From contig NC_045698.1 of NCBI RefSeq assembly GCF_009834535.1, positions 3,412,001-3,476,000 on the forward strand: a stretch of DNA of 64,000 nt. Reading direction: 5' to 3'. How positions within the stretch are numbered: position 1 is the stretch's first letter; each line of letters opens with the position of its first letter. This document shows, piece by piece, positions 58,931 to 64,000 of this stretch. Source of the stretch: Camelus ferus. Its lineage: Eukaryota. Below the pieces are notes generated by a model. The model made no database searches. It worked only from the letters and a program-made list of their open reading frames with translations, and was not told the origin of the DNA. The position numbers were made by a program, and so were the translations under genes.

Positions 58931-59809
58931 AAGGTCCTAGTTTCAGATACTGGTTGCATCTATGCTAGAGAAAGTCCCTGTATCCAGAGAGAAGGTGCAG
59001 TGACTGTGGAAAGTTCTGTCTAGAAATGGCTCTAAGTTGAGTTTGGACAGCATGCATTTCCCAATCACTGTACAGACACAGCCTGTCTGTTGAGGCTCTA
59101 GGAGCGTATTTCCACAGCAGAAAAGAACCGAGCAAGTGCTGTTCACACGCCATAGCTTTAGAAAAGGCCCCTGCAAGTGAGCAGATTGCTGTCCCAACCA
59201 TAGGAGCAATTTTTCTAAGGACAGAGAAAATCTCTAAACAGATTCCAAGCAAGAAATACTGCAATACACTTAGGTAACAGGATATGATATCATTTATACA
59301 AAGTACAATTTAAGAAACTGAATGGAGTCTGTCCACCTCTTAGCTTTTTAAACGTTACTACAGGAGTATGAAGACACCGTAAAGGCTTGTCTCAGTTTCT
59401 TGGACATACGTCTTCTTTAATGACCAAGCATATGATCAGGGTGGGTTGTCTGCTGCACGTGAAGATTTCTGAAAAAGGGTCTTCTTCCCGCCCTGAATCC
59501 TCCACAAAATATGATGCAGCAAACTTATTCTCTACTTACTTTTAAGGATAAAAAGCTTATACTGATCGTAAAACAAGAAAAAAAATGTGCGTATTTCCAT
59601 TGTTTTGTTAGTTATGTTAAATATTGAGCAGTGGTTTTATCCAGATCCAGAACCAAACTGGCCAACAATTATTCTGGAGCAGCTACAGTTTAGGGGCTGT
59701 GATTGTTCACCCAGAGCAGCATGAACTCGCCATATGTGAAGGAAGCTGCCTATTTAGACAGACATTCAAATAAGAAATGAGAGACAGACTAGAATGGCTT
59801 CTGTAATGA

Positions 59810-60001
59810 CTACTATATATAAAATAAATCCATGGTTCTTCTGTGCAGCACAGGGAACTCTATTCAATACCTTGTAGTGACCTACAATGAAAAAGAACAT
59901 GAAAACAAATACATGTATGTATATGCATGGCTAAAACATAATGCTGTACACCAGAGATTGACACATTGTAACTGACTAGACTTCAATTTAAAAAAAAAAA
60001 A
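59810..60001 (+). mobile_element. Cetartiodactyl/camelid L1 3' end with poly(A)
   Basis: 'gcacagggaactctattcaataccttgtagtgacctacaatgaaaaagaacatg...atgctgtacaccagagattgacacattgtaactgactagacttcaattt' followed by an A tract. Confidence 0.85.
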
Positions 60002-60034
60002 GGATAAGCTAATGAGAAATCTAATGATAAAACA

Positions 60035-60220
60035 TAGCCTTTGGATTCATACAAGTCTTGTTCAAATCTAACCTCACTCACCAGCCAAGTGGTCCACCGC
60101 TTTGGGATCTGGTTTCCTTAATTTGTGGATAAACTTGGCCTCATAGGGTCGCATGAGGACTGTGGGAGACAACATCTGAGCGAAAGCCCTTGGCACAGGG
60201 CTCCCTGTAGGAGCTGAGCA
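60035..60220 (+). mobile_element. MIR fragment
   Basis: 'gttcaaatct...ggtttccttaatttgt...cctcatagggtcgcatgaggact...gaaagcccttggcacag' follows MIR motif order. Confidence 0.65.
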
Positions 60221-63200
60221 ATCTGCTCTCCTCAGCACCGGCCCCATTACTGGGCTCTGAAGTGCACATAGAAACCTGACTGGAAGGTGATGGACACAGT
60301 GTCATGCCAGCAAGTTTGAGCAAAGGTAAAGAACTCAGAGGAGGGGCTGCATGACCTTGAGAGATGCCCCGCAGATGGATGAGGGTAGGAGTAGAATACA
60401 TTTTATTGACACTAAAACCTTTCGGGTGATTTATTGAAAGCACTCAGGATGATTGAAGGACCTGCCACTGAAGCAGGCAATTTAAAACGCAGGAGTTCTG
60501 ATGATGCACCGTGTGGAGTCACCTGCTCACGTCCGCAAGTGTGAAAGGGCGTTGTCGGCTCCCAGCGCCTGGGCAGTCACCTTGTGCTTGCAGGGCGTCG
60601 CAGATGAGAAGGGTGCCCAGGACAGCTGCTGTCTTGGACTTTGTATTCCCCCCGCAGCAGCCGAAGGAGCTGTAACCCGTGTCTTATTTGCAGAGATTAT
60701 CTCTAACTGAAGCTGGGGGAGCTTTGTCTGCTGCCTTCGCAGGTCATTAGCAGGCGGATTGCAGAGTCACGAGCCAGAAGAGAAGCGGGGCTGCTTGACA
60801 GCACTGTCCTAGGTCTAGTTGCAGTACACACGCGTGTGTAGAAGACTGGGGAGTAAACAGCGGATTGTAAATCCACGAGGGCTGTGCTGTGTGAGCACGG
60901 CACGGTTGGAAACATAAGTTGTTACAGGTTCCTTAAGAAGCCGAGCAACGTAGGTTGGCCTTTTCTTAGCCATTTAGTAACATTATTCAGAATTTCTAAT
61001 ATTGCTTTGATACACACCGTAGTCATAATGCTTGCTCCTTAAAATTCTGTAGAGCTACGATCAACCCTAACTTCCTGCCTCTGCCTCCAGTGACCCAGGA
61101 TGTCGTCCGCTGGGGCCTCCACACGCTCACGAAACTGAGTTTGTCAGTCCCCACCCAGCACGTTCTTGTTCCCTGTTACTAACCCTCAGAAAAGACACAG
61201 CAACACATGTGTCACACCCTCCACTGCGGGAGGCAGGGTTACAGTCACTTCGTTTATGAAAATTCTGGAGGGTGACCCATGCCCACAGACTGAAATGGGC
61301 CCACATCTAAAGTCTCAAAATGACGACGCCCCCATGCTGTGGTCAGTGCGGGAACTTATGGGACAACAGGTTTCTTTGAAAATAATGAAACTACTCCTTA
61401 CATTGATTTAAAACTTTAAATGCTTAGCAAATCCAAACCCCTGCTTCTGCTGCTGCCTGCATCACAGGTGTGCGCCAGTGGCTAGAACTGGCAAACCCAG
61501 CTTTCAGCCACACCAGAAAGGCCAAGCTCCCCGGGACGGCTGTGCCTCTGTGTGCATAAAGGAACACACGTGTTTGAAATGATTTGGCCACGTCTGTCCT
61601 ACAATGTGAAGTATATTAACAAGAATAAGTTGATAGTTTCACAGATTGCAATTTAAATGTAAAAACTACCTTAAAAGCCCATAATTTAAAATTAAATCAT
61701 TGCATGGCAGCCCTAAGTTGCACAGATCCTAGTGTGTTACGTATGTTATTGTTAGTATAACCTACAACAAATCAGGAGTTCACAGCCGTTCTGTCCAACG
61801 TCTACATCCAGCTATGAAGGTCAAGCATATTCATTACATGTTGACATCGTATCATGTTCCACTGTAGAGTGTGCAAATTAATCCTCTCATTTGGCCATTA
61901 TTCACAGTTTAGATTTCTCCTTTATCTCATGCATGCTTTGCTTGATCTTGGTTTCAAAGTCAACCCCAACCACCTTCTCCTTTCTCTGGTTTCAAGCCCT
62001 TTCATCTGTGGCTTTGTCACAGGCGTGGCCTGGCCTGAAGCGGCCATGACGCAGCCGTTGTCGATACGACGCACGTGTGGTTAAAGCTGTAGGGTCCGTG
62101 AGCACAAGAGAGAATTTCTTCTTATGTTTGTCAAGTACAGAGACACAGATGTATCGGAAGGCTCTGGCCACTACTGCCGTCGTGTCTGGTGGGGTGCTGG
62201 CTGGAGAATTCCCTTCAGGATGAGCTAACTTTCCAAATTCCTGTGGTGTTTTAATCATCTTCCATTTATATGGCCTTTCTACTATTTTTTTTTCAGGTTA
62301 ATCATTTTGTCACATCCCTCATTTATAGCTCTTGCCTAAAAGGGGTAGCCCCTGATAATACTTTTTCCATCGTGGGAAAAGCAGATGCACTTCTAGGATT
62401 TGACCTGCTTCCACTTGGTGGTTCTTCGGAAATGGTGATTCTTCTGCTCCCTGTAAGCAGACGAATGGGGCTGGGGGGGCTGTGATGGTTTCACGGAAAG
62501 GCTGTCTATCTCACTTTCTTACTCTCTCAACTTACCCATTGCTTTTCTCCAGCTCCTGAAACAGAGCTTTAGGGGGAACAAATCTGAACATAAAATTCTT
62601 CTAATGCTCAGTGTACCTGAGCACCAACATGTCACTGTTTTGAAAAGACCTGCTTGTAATCTGTTTTCCACGTTTGGTTGTGATGGAACAAACATTTGGT
62701 GAATTCTGCTTTTTTACCATAGAAGAATGTATGTGTCCATGACAGAATTGAATAGTTTCAAATAAATAAGAAACTGCACCCATTATAAACAGGGAGGAGC
62801 ACTGATATTAGAGCCAGCCCCTCTGTGTATGGGGGCAGGCGTCACTGCCGTCGGATTCGTGCACTGCTCTTGCATTTCGTTATATCAATAATGTGAGAAG
62901 AATTCTATTCCCTTTGTGCATAAGAGGAATCTGAGGATGAGACAGATTTTGTAGCCTGCTCAAAGCCGCCATCTAACAGGGGACAGAGTGCAGACTCCAA
63001 GCCATGTCCGCTGGGTCTGAGAACAAATAAATGGTGAGCTTTCTGCCCGGCACCGGCGTCTCCCCCAGGGAACTTCTTTGTCTCCCTGGAGTCTGCTTGA
63101 CTGGTTGGGCAACACTGGATCTTGTCGGCACAGGAAGTACTTAGACTTACAAAACCTATGCTTTCCTTCACTTTGACACCTGCGTGGGGGCCAAGCATGC

Positions 63201-63778
63201 AATCTGCACAAACTCGTTCAGATGGCCATGGTCCCTCCTGAGAAATTTCAGAGGGCTTCTGTGTCCTTTATAGCTCTAGCGGTTACCAGCTCACAGATTT
63301 ATATGATTGAGTGATGAAAGATCATAAAGAGAGAGAGAGACAGAGAGAAAACATAGTTTTCAAGCATTTTTTAAATTCAAAACTAATCAAGAAAGACTAC
63401 AGAGATTTCCACTTGTAAATGGTGGCTGCTCCCTGTAACTCAGCCGAATTCCCTGCACTTTCCTAATGGACATGACAGCACCATTTCTAACGGCAGTTTC
63501 CTTCCAATGTGGTGAAGCCAAAAGTGCAGGAGGAGAATTGGCAGAAAGGCCGCCTCGGGGAGCATCGTGGCCACAGCTGTAACTGGCTGATGGAGAGGAA
63601 TGAACGCCTCACCAGGAAATAACAGAGAACTGGTCCAGGGGCAGGCTCTGTTTTAATTTCTTGTGTGCAGGGAAAAAAATAACTTGTCAGGAATTATCCT
63701 TGTTGATGAAATATACACAGACATACTCATACACACTGATTTCAAAATACTCCTTCCAGAAACTGTTTAACCTGCTGG

Positions 63779-63780
<2 letters not shown>

Positions 63781-63809
<29 letters not shown>
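63781..63809. repeat. T29 tract
   Basis: Read directly. Confidence 0.9.
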
Positions 63810-63812
<3 letters not shown>

Positions 63813-64000
63813 GGACGGAGGTAACCTGAGCATGCATAATTTCCTGGCTTAGGAGTTGTCCTGTAAACAGCAGGTCTGTGATCTGGCCGGGGCCACGGAG
63901 TTCCTGTGTATTGATCCTCTTCTGTGTTTCAAGCTCTTATTTATATTTTAATTATGATAGTTAATCACACTGGAGCGATATCTGACACTTCTGCAGAGCT

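Noticed and set aside
47160..64000. ADAMTS16 exon 4 or metalloprotease-domain exons
   Set aside because: No matching translation in the ORF track or by eye. Intron 3 evidently continues past the window end.

Overview
Mammalian genomic DNA, not microbial. It is most likely camelid, based on a Vic-1-type tRNA-derived SINE at ~25.2 kb and cetartiodactyl-type L1 3' ends. The one supportable protein-coding gene is the 5' part of ADAMTS16 on the + strand. It has a CpG-island promoter at ~38.8-40.3 kb, coding exons 1-3 (39929/40001-40060, 40148-40250, 46834-47159; signal peptide and start of the prodomain, including the RRKR convertase site), and the first ~17 kb of intron 3. Exon 4 is not in the window. 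The first ~38 kb is intergenic, with L1, L2, MIR, MaLR/ERV solo-LTR and microsatellite remnants and a separate CpG-rich island at ~13.1-14.5 kb. Almost all ORFs in the supplied track are chance ORFs of GC-rich non-coding DNA or decayed L1. I see no convincing new multi-gene system. The best second-look items are: a phased 22-bp array of perfect ETS motifs inside an old intronic LTR, two in-frame ADAMTS16 start codons, a stop-free in-frame intron 1 with a NAGNAG acceptor, a near-perfect intronic CTCF site, and an L1 whose ORF2 is largely deleted at a 5-bp microhomology. Repeat family names and ortholog comparisons are from memory, not from database searches.
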